From Nitratidesulfovibrio vulgaris str. Hildenborough (lineage in GTDB: Bacteria > Desulfobacterota > Desulfovibrionia > Desulfovibrionales > Desulfovibrionaceae): DNA of 24,000 nucleotides. Within the stretch, counting starts at the first letter, position 1; every line of letters starts with the position of its first letter. The stretch lies in assembly GCF_000195755.1 (NCBI RefSeq), contig NC_002937.3, positions 2,659,175 through 2,683,174 of the forward strand, written 5' to 3'. Below the pieces are notes generated by a model that had not been told where the DNA came from, made no database searches, and was given only the letters and a program-made list of their open reading frames with translations. A program made the translations under genes and the position numbers. Of this stretch, positions 15,471 through 23,513 are shown one piece after another.

Positions 15471-16919
15471 ATGAACGACTCCGCACATCACCAACGCACG
15501 CAAGACGCCACGGGCAACCGCATGCGCGTCGTCATCTCCGGCATGGACTGCGTCACGCCCTTGGGCGACGACGCCAGCCTTGCCGCCCACCTACACCACG
15601 GCACCCCGCCCTTCATGCCCGCCCCGGTGCTGCCGGGGGCCGCATGGTGCCCTGTGAACGCCTTCGACCCGGCACAGGCGACAGACCACTGGCGACACCG
15701 CCGCTATCTCTCGCGGGGCGGTCTCTTCGCGCTGGCTTCGGCCCTCGGCGCAGCACGCGATGCTGGATGGGGGGCATCGGCCCCCGACGGGGCGGCGCTG
15801 GTCACCGCGCATGGTCCCAACCTCGACATCACCTCGGACTTTCCGCACTGCCATTGCGACGTCTCCGGGACTGGCGACACACAAGGCGATGCGCCCTCTC
15901 CCTGCGCGACCTCGACGCATGGAGGCCCCACCGCCGCGCACGGCGTCAATGGCATGAATGGCGTGGATGGCCCAGATGAGGCGCGACATGGCCTCTCCCG
16001 CGATACGGCAGGACTCGACCACCCCGGACTTGATGCCCTGTGGCTGCTGCGCTGGCTGCCCAACACCGCCGCCTCGGCCATCGCGCAGCGCCTCGGCATC
16101 CATGGTGAAGGGCTGGTCGTAGGCACGGCCTGCGCCGCAGGCTTGCAGGCACTGGGAGAGGCATACCGCCGCGTGCGGCACGGTCTCGCCCCCACGGTGC
16201 TGGCTGCGGGCGGCGACTCCCGCCTCTCTGCGGGGGGGATGCTGGGCTACGCACGGGCCGACGCCCTGTGGCACTCCAACGCGCGCCCGGCCTCCCATGC
16301 CGAGGCCCTGCGTGCCATGCGGCCCTTCGACGCCGCGCATGGCGGCTTCGTCCCCGGTGAAGGCGGTGCGGCCTTCGTACTGGAGACGGAAGCCGCTGCA
16401 TGTGCGCGGGGGGCTACAATCCACGGCGAGATTCTCGGATTCGGCGCGACACTGGACGGTGCCAGCCTCACGGCCCCCGATGCCACGGCGCATCACGCCG
16501 AATGCGCCGTGCGCAAGGCCCTCGATGACGCAGGGTTCACCCCCGGCGACATCGCATGGGTGGCAGCGCACGGCACCTCGACACCGCGCGGAGACGCCGC
16601 CGAAGCCCTGCTTCTGCAACGCGTCTTCACCGACGCGGGGCACCGCCCCGCCGTCACCGCCCTCAAGTCATGGACAGGTCACCTCGCCTCCGCCTGCGGA
16701 CTCGCCGAATGCGCGCTGATGCTGCGGGCCGCCCGGTGCGGCGTGCTGCCGTCCATCCGCAATCTCGACACCCCATGTTCCCCGGCAGCGGAAGGACTCG
16801 ACCTCGTGCGCGAACCACGTCCCTTCCCGCAAGGGCCGGGACTCATCCAGAGTTTCGGCTTCGGGGGGCAGAATGCCGCGCTCATCGTCATGCCTGCCGT
16901 AACAAGGGCGGGCCAGTGA
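15471..16919 (+). CDS. Beta-ketoacyl-ACP synthase, KAS I/II (FabF/FabB) type, Cys-His-His triad
   Basis: VVGTACAAGLQALGEA carries the active Cys. AAHGTSTPRGDAAE and LKSWTGHLASACGLAE carry the two His. Also PFDAAHGGFVPGEGGAAFVLE and a C-terminal SFGFGGQNAALIV. There is a ~68-aa insertion at residues ~121-188. The start could instead be ATG 15522 (MRVVISGMDCVTPLG). Neither start has a clear SD. Confidence 0.85.
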   Translation: MNDSAHHQRTQDATGNRMRVVISGMDCVTPLGDDASLAAHLHHGTPPFMPAPVLPGAAWCPVNAFDPAQATDHWRHRRYLSRGGLFALASALGAARDAGWGASAPDGAALVTAHGPNLDITSDFPHCHCDVSGTGDTQGDAPSPCATSTHGGPTAAHGVNGMNGVDGPDEARHGLSRDTAGLDHPGLDALWLLRWLPNTAASAIAQRLGIHGEGLVVGTACAAGLQALGEAYRRVRHGLAPTVLAAGGDSRLSAGGMLGYARADALWHSNARPASHAEALRAMRPFDAAHGGFVPGEGGAAFVLETEAAACARGATIHGEILGFGATLDGASLTAPDATAHHAECAVRKALDDAGFTPGDIAWVAAHGTSTPRGDAAEALLLQRVFTDAGHRPAVTALKSWTGHLASACGLAECALMLRAARCGVLPSIRNLDTPCSPAAEGLDLVREPRPFPQGPGLIQSFGFGGQNAALIVMPAVTRAGQ

Positions 16920-17512
16920 TGCCGCGTCACGCCATGCCGACAGCACACGACGCCATCTTCACGGACGGCACACAGAGGGCCTCGCACACGTCCCCTTGCC
17001 CCCCGCATCTCCCCGGTGAAGCACTCCCCGACGACACGCCCCCCGGTTTCGTGCTTCTGGACGCCATCACGCGCTACGACACCTCGGGGTTGACCGCAGT
17101 GCGCCAGTACAGCCGCACCCCGGCATGGCACGCGGTGGAAGCCATGGCACAAGCCGGGGCCATGCATCTGCGGTTTCTGGGCGACTTCTCAGACCATGCC
17201 TTCCTGCTTGGCATCACCGACTGCCCTTGGCCCGAGACGCCGCTTGACGGCTGCTGCCGTATCGAAGTGCGCCTCACAGCCCTCACACAGGGGGCGGCAT
17301 CCTACGACATGACCCTTTCCCTCGATGGCCCTGATGAGGTGACCACAAAGCAACAGACGGTGGGGCGTACTGTAGAGCACGCGGTACGGTGGGTGGGGCA
17401 GGGTGCGATGCTCTTCGGTCGCGTCCCCTACGACAACATATACCGCGAGGCCGTCCTCGCGCCACGCTACCGGAGACTCTTCGCATGGCTCACCCGTTCC
17501 TGCACCGCCTGA
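16919..17512 (+). CDS. Second hot-dog-fold protein, FabZ/FabA-like, retaining EAMAQ but lacking the His-containing segment
   Basis: The ATG at 16919 overlaps the KAS TGA (TGATG). [22 protein letters not shown] resembles FabZ [36 protein letters not shown] matches FabZ LILEAMAQATGIL. The [14 protein letters not shown] block is absent. The N-terminal ~45 aa are low complexity. Confidence 0.5.
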   Translation: [197 protein letters not shown]

Positions 17513-18759
17513 CCCTGCGCCTCGACGCGCAACGCGCTGCGGGTCTCGACCGCACTGTCATGACACCGGAGACGCGTACGACTCGCCACGTCATCCTCGA
17601 CGGTCAGCGACTCTGCAACTTCGCCTCCAACGACTATCTCGGCCTTGCCGATGATGCGGCATGGCGTGCCGAGGTCGCCGACTGCTTCGCCCGCCACCCT
17701 GCTTCGGGCACGGCATCACGCCTTGCCGCCGGACATTCCGCGCTGGTGGCCGAAGCCGAAGCTGCATGGGCCGAACATTTCGGATATGAGAGTTGCCTCT
17801 TCCTGCCCAGCGGCTATCAGGCCAACCTCGCCGTGGTGACGGGGCTGCTGCACACGGGCGACACCCTCTTCATCGACAGGCGTATCCACGCCAGCATGGC
17901 GCGGGCAGTGCCCCTGTGTGGGGCACACCCGGTCACCTATCCCCACGGCGACCTCGCCCGACTCGACCGCAGGCTGACCGCGTGGAGACACGAAACAACC
18001 GCGGAGACGGCATCAGCCGCACCTCTCACAGAGGGGGCGCCCCTGTCGTCCCCGCCCGCGACATGTCCGACGGCATCCCCGCCGCCGCACGGGGACGCCA
18101 GCCCCGTCATACTCACCGAATCCCTCTTCAGCATGGACGGCACAGTGACCTCCATGGACGCCCTCGCCACCCTGCGGTCACGACACGGGGCCTTCGTCAT
18201 CCTTGACGAGGCCCATGCCTGCGGTGCCTTGGGGCAAGGCGGGCGCGGCCTTGCATGGGGACAAACGGAGAATGCCCCCGCCGCCGACGTCATCGTGGGC
18301 ACGCTGGGCAAGGGACCGGGATTCTTCGGTGCGTTCGTGCTCATGCCGCGCATCGTGCGCGAGTCGCTTGAGAACTTCGCCTCTGCCGTCATGCACTCCA
18401 CGGCCCTGCCTGAAGCCCACGCCGCTGCCGTGTTGCGTCTGCTGCCCCGCATGGCGGGCATGGACGACGCACGCGCACGCCTCGCCCGCAACGCCCGCGC
18501 ACTGCGCGAGGGGCTGGCCGGTTGCGGCCTGCCAGTGCATGGCGACGCCCATATCCTGTGCATTGAGACAGGTGACGAGGCACAGGCAACGCAACTGGCC
18601 CGAAGACTTCGTACCCAAGGGGTGCTGGCCCTCTCTGCGCGACACCCCACCGTCCCCCACGGGCACGCCATCGTGCGCTTCAGCGTCACCGCCGCCCATA
18701 CCGACGACGACATCACGTATTGCAAGGAGACCGTTCACACATGTCTGCACACGAGATGA
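17485..18759 (+). CDS. bioF: 8-amino-7-oxononanoate synthase
   Basis: The ATG at 17485 has GGAG 9 nt upstream and overlaps the upstream gene by 28 nt. Motifs: NFASNDYLGL, SGYQANLAV, ESLFSMDG, DEAHACG, and GTLGKGPG carrying the PLP lysine. There is an A/P/S/T-rich insertion at about residues 167-206. Confidence 0.9.
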   Translation: MAHPFLHRLTLRLDAQRAAGLDRTVMTPETRTTRHVILDGQRLCNFASNDYLGLADDAAWRAEVADCFARHPASGTASRLAAGHSALVAEAEAAWAEHFGYESCLFLPSGYQANLAVVTGLLHTGDTLFIDRRIHASMARAVPLCGAHPVTYPHGDLARLDRRLTAWRHETTAETASAAPLTEGAPLSSPPATCPTASPPPHGDASPVILTESLFSMDGTVTSMDALATLRSRHGAFVILDEAHACGALGQGGRGLAWGQTENAPAADVIVGTLGKGPGFFGAFVLMPRIVRESLENFASAVMHSTALPEAHAAAVLRLLPRMAGMDDARARLARNARALREGLAGCGLPVHGDAHILCIETGDEAQATQLARRLRTQGVLALSARHPTVPHGHAIVRFSVTAAHTDDDITYCKETVHTCLHTR

Positions 18760-19481
18760 ACCACGCGACACCACGTCTGCCTGCGCCCCTCTTCGTCACC
18801 GGTACGGATACGGGGGTGGGCAAGACGGTGGTGAGTCTGTTGCTGATGAGGGCGCTGTTCAGACGGGGGATGGTCCCCTTCTACGCCAAGCCCATGCAGA
18901 CGGGCTGCCGCGACCCGTATGACACGGACAGCGACGCAGCCTTCGTCTACCGGCATGTGCCGGAATTGGCGGAAAGGGATCCTGCGGAAGCGGTGGGATG
19001 GTGCTTCAGGGCACCCAAGGCTCCGCTCCACGCCGCGCGGGACGAACGCAACGGCGTGGAGACGGAAGACCTGATGCGCAGGTTGGCAATCCTGCGCGCT
19101 ACACATGCCTGCCTCGTTCTGGAGGGTGCGGGCGGGCTCATGGTGCCCTTCACCGCCGACGCGCTGTGCGTCGACTGCATCCGGGCGGCGGATGCGCGCC
19201 CCGTGCTTGTGGCGCGGGACGGTCTGGGAACCGTGAACCACACCCTCCTTTCCGTGGAGGCGATGACCCGAAGAGGCGTGACGCCGGCAGGGATCGTTTT
19301 CGTTGCATCCGGAAAACGCCCCACCCCTTCGGACCTTGTCCACGACAACATGGAAGCGGTGGCCATGCTGTCAGGGATATCCGTGAGCGGCATCGTGCCG
19401 CCCATCCTTGATTTTCATGCGCCGCCCGAAGCTGCGCTGACCGTTGCCGACGCCGTCATCGACGCGGCACTCGGCCTGTAG
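18741..19481 (+). CDS. bioD: Dethiobiotin synthetase
   Basis: FVTGTDTGVGKTVVS is the P-loop, nearly identical to E. coli FVTGTDTEVGKTVAS. The ATG at 18741 has AAGGAG 11 nt upstream. An alternative ATG at 18756 forms an ATGA overlap with the bioF stop. Confidence 0.9.
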   Translation: MSAHEMNHATPRLPAPLFVTGTDTGVGKTVVSLLLMRALFRRGMVPFYAKPMQTGCRDPYDTDSDAAFVYRHVPELAERDPAEAVGWCFRAPKAPLHAARDERNGVETEDLMRRLAILRATHACLVLEGAGGLMVPFTADALCVDCIRAADARPVLVARDGLGTVNHTLLSVEAMTRRGVTPAGIVFVASGKRPTPSDLVHDNMEAVAMLSGISVSGIVPPILDFHAPPEAALTVADAVIDAALGL

Positions 19482-19521
19482 TCACCCATACCCCGCGTGG
19501 CTACGGCATGGGCCGGAAGGC

Positions 19522-19560
19522 CGCCCCCGCCCCGCGGCAGGAGAATGCGGTGCGGGGGCG
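19522..19560. terminator. Strong GC hairpin between convergent bioD and lysA (candidate bidirectional terminator)
   Basis: CGCCCCCGC (19522-19530) pairs with GCGGGGGCG (19552-19560). An inner CCGC/GCGG extension is present. A second inverted repeat, CTCCGGG...CCCGGAG, lies at 19563-19591. There is no clear U-tract. Confidence 0.45.
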
Positions 19561-19636
19561 CACTCCGGGCAGACGGGGTGCACTCCCGGAGCACCCGCGC
19601 CTTTCCGGAGAAACGTCGACGTATACGTGACGGGGG

Positions 19637-20902
19637 CTAGAGCCCCAGCCCCTCGTACATGGCCACAAGGTCGTCCAGCGTCTCGCGGCGCCGCACGAGG
19701 CGAGGCCTGCCCTCGAGGTCGATGAGCACCTCGGCGGGGCGCATCCGCTGGTTGTAGGAGGAACTCATGACATAACCGTAGGCACCGGCGTCGAGAACAC
19801 CGAGGATGTCACCCTCCTCCACCGGAGGCAGGGGCCTGTTCCTGGCGATGATGTCGCCGCTTTCGCAGATGTTGCCCACAACGGTCTGCGGCAGCAGCAG
19901 GTCCGAGGGGGCTCCGTCTTCACGGTACACCTCGATGTCGTGGTGCGCGTCGTACATGACGGGACGCGCCAGCACGTTGAAGCCGAGGTCGGTACCCACG
20001 TAGCGGTTGGCACCGTTGGACTTCACCGAATGCACCGAACCGAGAAGCAGGCCGCATTCGGCCACCACGTAGCGCCCCGGTTCGACGAGGAACCGCCCGC
20101 GATAGCCGCGCCGCTGCGCCCAGCCGGAGATGAGGTCGTCGAACTGCGCCCCCATGGCGGTGAGGTCGAGACGGGGCTGGTTGTCGTACTTGTGATAGGG
20201 GATGCCGAAGCCGCCGCCGAAGTCGATGACCTCGACGTCGTCGAAGCGTTCCGCCAGCGTGAGCAGAAAACGCGCAGCCTCGACATAGCTTTCCGGTTCG
20301 AGGAAGAGCGAGCCGATGTGCTGGTTGATGCCCGCCAGCGTGAGATTGTGCCGTGCGAGGATGGTACGCACCTCATCGATGGATGCGGGGTCGACGCCGA
20401 ACTTCGTCTCCTTGCCCGCCGTGACCACCTTCTTGTGGTGGCCCGCCCCGATGCCGGGGTTGAAGCGCACCATCACGCGCCCGCCGGGGTTCACCTCGCC
20501 GTAGAGGTCAAGCTGCGAGAGCGAATCGACGCTCACCAGCAGGCCATGCGACACGGCATTGCCCAGTTCTTCGGCGGAGACGTTGTTGCACACGTAGAGA
20601 ATCTTGTCGGGGGAGAAGCCCGCCCGAAGGTTCATGAACAGTTCGCCGGGCGACATGGCGTCGACCACCAGCCCTTCCTCGCGGATGATGTGGAGCAGCG
20701 CGAGGTTGCTGTTGGCCTTGGCGGAATAGTTCACGCGGAAGCCGGGATGCGACGAGAGGGCCTTCATCTCGCGGCAACGCTGGCGGAGGATGGCCTCGCT
20801 GTAGACATAGAGCGGACTGCCATAGGTCTCGACCAGTTCGGTGGGCGAGGTGAGTCCGAAGAAGCCGACGGCGTCGGTGTAGGTGGATCGTACGTTGGGC
20901 AT
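19637..20902 (-). CDS. lysA: Diaminopimelate decarboxylase (Orn/DAP/Arg decarboxylase fold-III PLP family)
   Basis: Start at the internal ATG 20902 (MPNVRSTYTD), overlapping the upstream stop as TGATG. Motifs: YSAKANSNLALL (PLP lysine), GGGFGIPY, EPGRYVVAECG, and CESGD. Confidence 0.85.
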   Translation of the reverse strand: MPNVRSTYTDAVGFFGLTSPTELVETYGSPLYVYSEAILRQRCREMKALSSHPGFRVNYSAKANSNLALLHIIREEGLVVDAMSPGELFMNLRAGFSPDKILYVCNNVSAEELGNAVSHGLLVSVDSLSQLDLYGEVNPGGRVMVRFNPGIGAGHHKKVVTAGKETKFGVDPASIDEVRTILARHNLTLAGINQHIGSLFLEPESYVEAARFLLTLAERFDDVEVIDFGGGFGIPYHKYDNQPRLDLTAMGAQFDDLISGWAQRRGYRGRFLVEPGRYVVAECGLLLGSVHSVKSNGANRYVGTDLGFNVLARPVMYDAHHDIEVYREDGAPSDLLLPQTVVGNICESGDIIARNRPLPPVEEGDILGVLDAGAYGYVMSSSYNQRMRPAEVLIDLEGRPRLVRRRETLDDLVAMYEGLGL

Positions 20903-21606
20903 CACTCTGCTTCCTTGCCTTCGCGGATGCGGATGAGTTCCATTTCGTGCAGGATGGCCTCGCGCATGAGGTAGACGAGATGCTCGTTGCGCGAATACAG
21001 GCACCGCCCGCTCACGCCGGGTTCCAGCAGTCCCGCGATGACCTCGCTGGTGTCGGCGATGAGCTTCACATGTCCGGTGCCAGCCCGGTTCTTCAGAAAT
21101 ACGGCTCCCGCGATGGCGGGGTCGGTGTCGGAGAGGATGACGACCTTGAGGCCGCGTGCCACGCAATCCTCGAACTCACGCCGGAAGAGGGCAAGATTCT
21201 CGTGATGCAACGAGGCATAGACGCGCAGCGTCGCACCCGTCAGCATGTTGCGTATCTTGTTGGCGGTGTTCGCCAGTCCCGCGACGGTGAGATAGGGCGT
21301 CTCGTCGGGCTGTTCCTCGGGCAGGTTGGCATCGAGGAAGGCAAGCGTGGCCTCCGTGTCGCGCCGCAGGTTCCCAAGCAGTTCATGCCGGGGTACGGGG
21401 ACATAGCGGCTGGCATCACCGCTGGCGACCACAGCGCCCCCCTTCTCGACGAGGCTGGAAAGCGCGGCATAGGCGTTGGAACGCGAGATACCTGCAGCCT
21501 TGGCAGCCTCATAGCCCGTCATGGCCCCGTGGCGCAGCAGGGTGACGTAGAGCAACGACTCCTGCTGCGTGAATCCGAACTTGCGTAGTGCGAGGATGGT
21601 CTCCAT
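20902..21606 (-). CDS. TrmB-family transcriptional regulator
   Basis: The ATG at 21606 has AGGAGA 7 nt upstream. The N-terminus LRKFGFTQQESLLYVTLLRHGAMTGYEAAKAAGISRSNAYAALSSLVEKGGAV is the typical TrmB winged HTH. The tracked ORF extends 58 codons further upstream without support. Confidence 0.75.
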   Translation of the reverse strand: METILALRKFGFTQQESLLYVTLLRHGAMTGYEAAKAAGISRSNAYAALSSLVEKGGAVVASGDASRYVPVPRHELLGNLRRDTEATLAFLDANLPEEQPDETPYLTVAGLANTANKIRNMLTGATLRVYASLHHENLALFRREFEDCVARGLKVVILSDTDPAIAGAVFLKNRAGTGHVKLIADTSEVIAGLLEPGVSGRCLYSRNEHLVYLMREAILHEMELIRIREGKEAE

Positions 21607-21864
21607 CGCGCGTCTCCTCTCTCTGTGCCGCACATGCGGCGGTACCTTTCCGCATCGCCGCCAGGGTACGGGCGGTGCCCCTGCGTCATGCATATCGCAC
21701 GACCTGCCCGGGGCCGCACCATCGAGTCCGGCCTCCGGAAGGCCGCCACCGCACCTCTGACCAAGCAGATGGCAACGCACGCAGCATCGGCAGAACTACG
21801 AAGAAGGCGGAACTTGAAGACAGTCTCTGCCTGCTTCCTGTGCTTGCGGCCGACGCCGCCATGC

Positions 21865-21884
21865 GTGGTACTGATTAGTACCAC
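21865..21884. promoter_or_regulatory. Perfect 8-4-8 inverted repeat GTGGTACT-gatt-AGTACCAC
   Basis: Read directly. It sits in the locally AT-richer part of the ~600 bp gene-free region between the TrmB-like gene and the M20 gene. Its core TACT-N4-AGTA resembles the archaeal TrmB TACT-N3-AGTA site as I recall it. Confidence 0.35.
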
Positions 21885-22205
21885 TATAGCCACAAATCAT
21901 TGCTGTCAATACGGAAGCCGGGTAATTCCATACGCTGCATCCCAGTCGCCCCATACCCATTCGCACAAGCCAGCCCGCACTGGCGGCGCTCGGGTGTCCT
22001 TCTCCTCTTCACCAGTGGATGCCTGTTCCGTCGGCATCCCTCGCACCATGGCGCTGATGGACACCGGCTGCACGTCAGGGGACGTTGTGCAGAGGGACAC
22101 TGCCGCCTTACCGGCGAAGCCATGCAGGGGTGACGAGGACGACACAGCAGCGACAATACCGGAACGGGCACGCCCCGTCTTCGCAAACCGCCCACGGAGG
22201 CCAAC

Positions 22206-23444
22206 TTGTCAGGTCATACCGCACACTCCGGCACCCGCCATCCGCACACCGGGGCAACAGTGCAACGCCTTGCCGCAGAGGTCGAGTCGCACATCATCGC
22301 GCACCGTCGTGCCTTGCACGCCATCCCGGAAACGGGCTTCGAAGAGAGGTGCACCGCCGCCTATGTGGCCGAAACCCTGTCGGGGCTTGGGCTGCCCGTC
22401 CGCACCGGCATCGCCACGACGGGTGTCACCGCCCTTCTCGACACGGGACTCGAGGGGCCTGTGGTCATGCTGCGGGCCGACATGGACGCCCTGCCCGTGA
22501 CCGAGGCCACGGGGCTGCCTTTCGCGTCACGGCACGAAGGCAGGATGCACGCCTGCGGGCACGACGCGCATATGGCCATGCTCCTTGGCGCAGCCGAGAT
22601 GCTGTCCGCCATCGTCCGTGAAGAACCCGGCAGACTGCGGGGCAAGGTGCTCTTCCTCTTCCAGCCCGCCGAGGAGGGCCCGGGAGGTGCCGCCCCGATG
22701 ATAGCCGAGGGCGTTCTCGACGAACCGAAGGTGGATGTCTGCCTCGGTGCCCATGTGTGGCCCTCGCTGCCTGTCGGCACGGTGGGCGTGAAGCCGGGGC
22801 CGCTCATGGCCGCCATGGACCGCTTCGAACTTGCCGTGCATGGCAGGGGGGGGCACGCCGCCACCCCCCATCTCTGCGTCGATGCGCTGGAGACGGCGAC
22901 ACAGGTCGTGGGTGCCCTGCAGCGGGTCGTGAGCCGCATGACCGACCCGCTGGAACCCGTCATCCTCACCATCGGCGAGCTTCATGCCGGTACGGCCTAC
23001 AATGTCATTCCCGGTGAAGCGCGCATGGCGGGCACGGTGCGCACCTTCTCGCCCGATGTGCGTGCCGCATGGGAGGACCGCATCCGCACGGTGGCAGACG
23101 GCGTCTGTGCAGCCATGGGAGCCACCGCCACCCTCGACTTCCACTATTGCCACGGCCCGGTGATCAACACCCCCCGAGTGGCCGAGGTGGTGCGCCGCGC
23201 GGTGGTCGAGGCAAGAGGGGAACAGGCCGTGACGACGCCCACCCCCACGCTCGGGGGCGAGGACTTCTCATGCTTCCTCGAACGGATTCCCGGATGCTTC
23301 TTCTTCGTGGGATGCGGTGGCGACGTTCCCATCCACAACCCGCGCTTCGACCTCGACGAGCGTTGTCTTGCGCTGGGGGCCGAGACGTTCGTTCGTGCCG
23401 CACTCCTGTTCACGGAGGGCGGCGCAACGGGAATGACCGCGTAA
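22206..23444 (+). CDS. M20D-family amidohydrolase (N-acyl-L-amino acid amidohydrolase / hippurate hydrolase type)
   Basis: LHAIPETGFEE, MHACGHDAHMAML, LFQPAEEGPGGA and GGEDFS are typical of the family. The TTG start at 22206 has GGAGG 5 nt upstream. An in-frame GTG at 22260 is an alternative start. Confidence 0.8.
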   Translation: MSGHTAHSGTRHPHTGATVQRLAAEVESHIIAHRRALHAIPETGFEERCTAAYVAETLSGLGLPVRTGIATTGVTALLDTGLEGPVVMLRADMDALPVTEATGLPFASRHEGRMHACGHDAHMAMLLGAAEMLSAIVREEPGRLRGKVLFLFQPAEEGPGGAAPMIAEGVLDEPKVDVCLGAHVWPSLPVGTVGVKPGPLMAAMDRFELAVHGRGGHAATPHLCVDALETATQVVGALQRVVSRMTDPLEPVILTIGELHAGTAYNVIPGEARMAGTVRTFSPDVRAAWEDRIRTVADGVCAAMGATATLDFHYCHGPVINTPRVAEVVRRAVVEARGEQAVTTPTPTLGGEDFSCFLERIPGCFFFVGCGGDVPIHNPRFDLDERCLALGAETFVRAALLFTEGGATGMTA

Positions 23445-23513
23445 AAACGCTTTGACATGCTGCAACGGGCGGGCGAGAATGCCGCTTTACCCACCCACAC
23501 AAAAGGAAACATC

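Noticed and set aside
19637-20902. Idea that lysA (acting on diaminopimelate, a C7 dicarboxylate skeleton) is functionally linked to pimelate supply for the adjacent bio operon.
   Set aside because: lysA is convergent to bioD and separated from it by strong hairpins. It is co-transcribed with its own TrmB-like regulator. No known chemistry converts DAP or lysine products to pimelate without additional enzymes that are absent here. The adjacency is probably coincidental.
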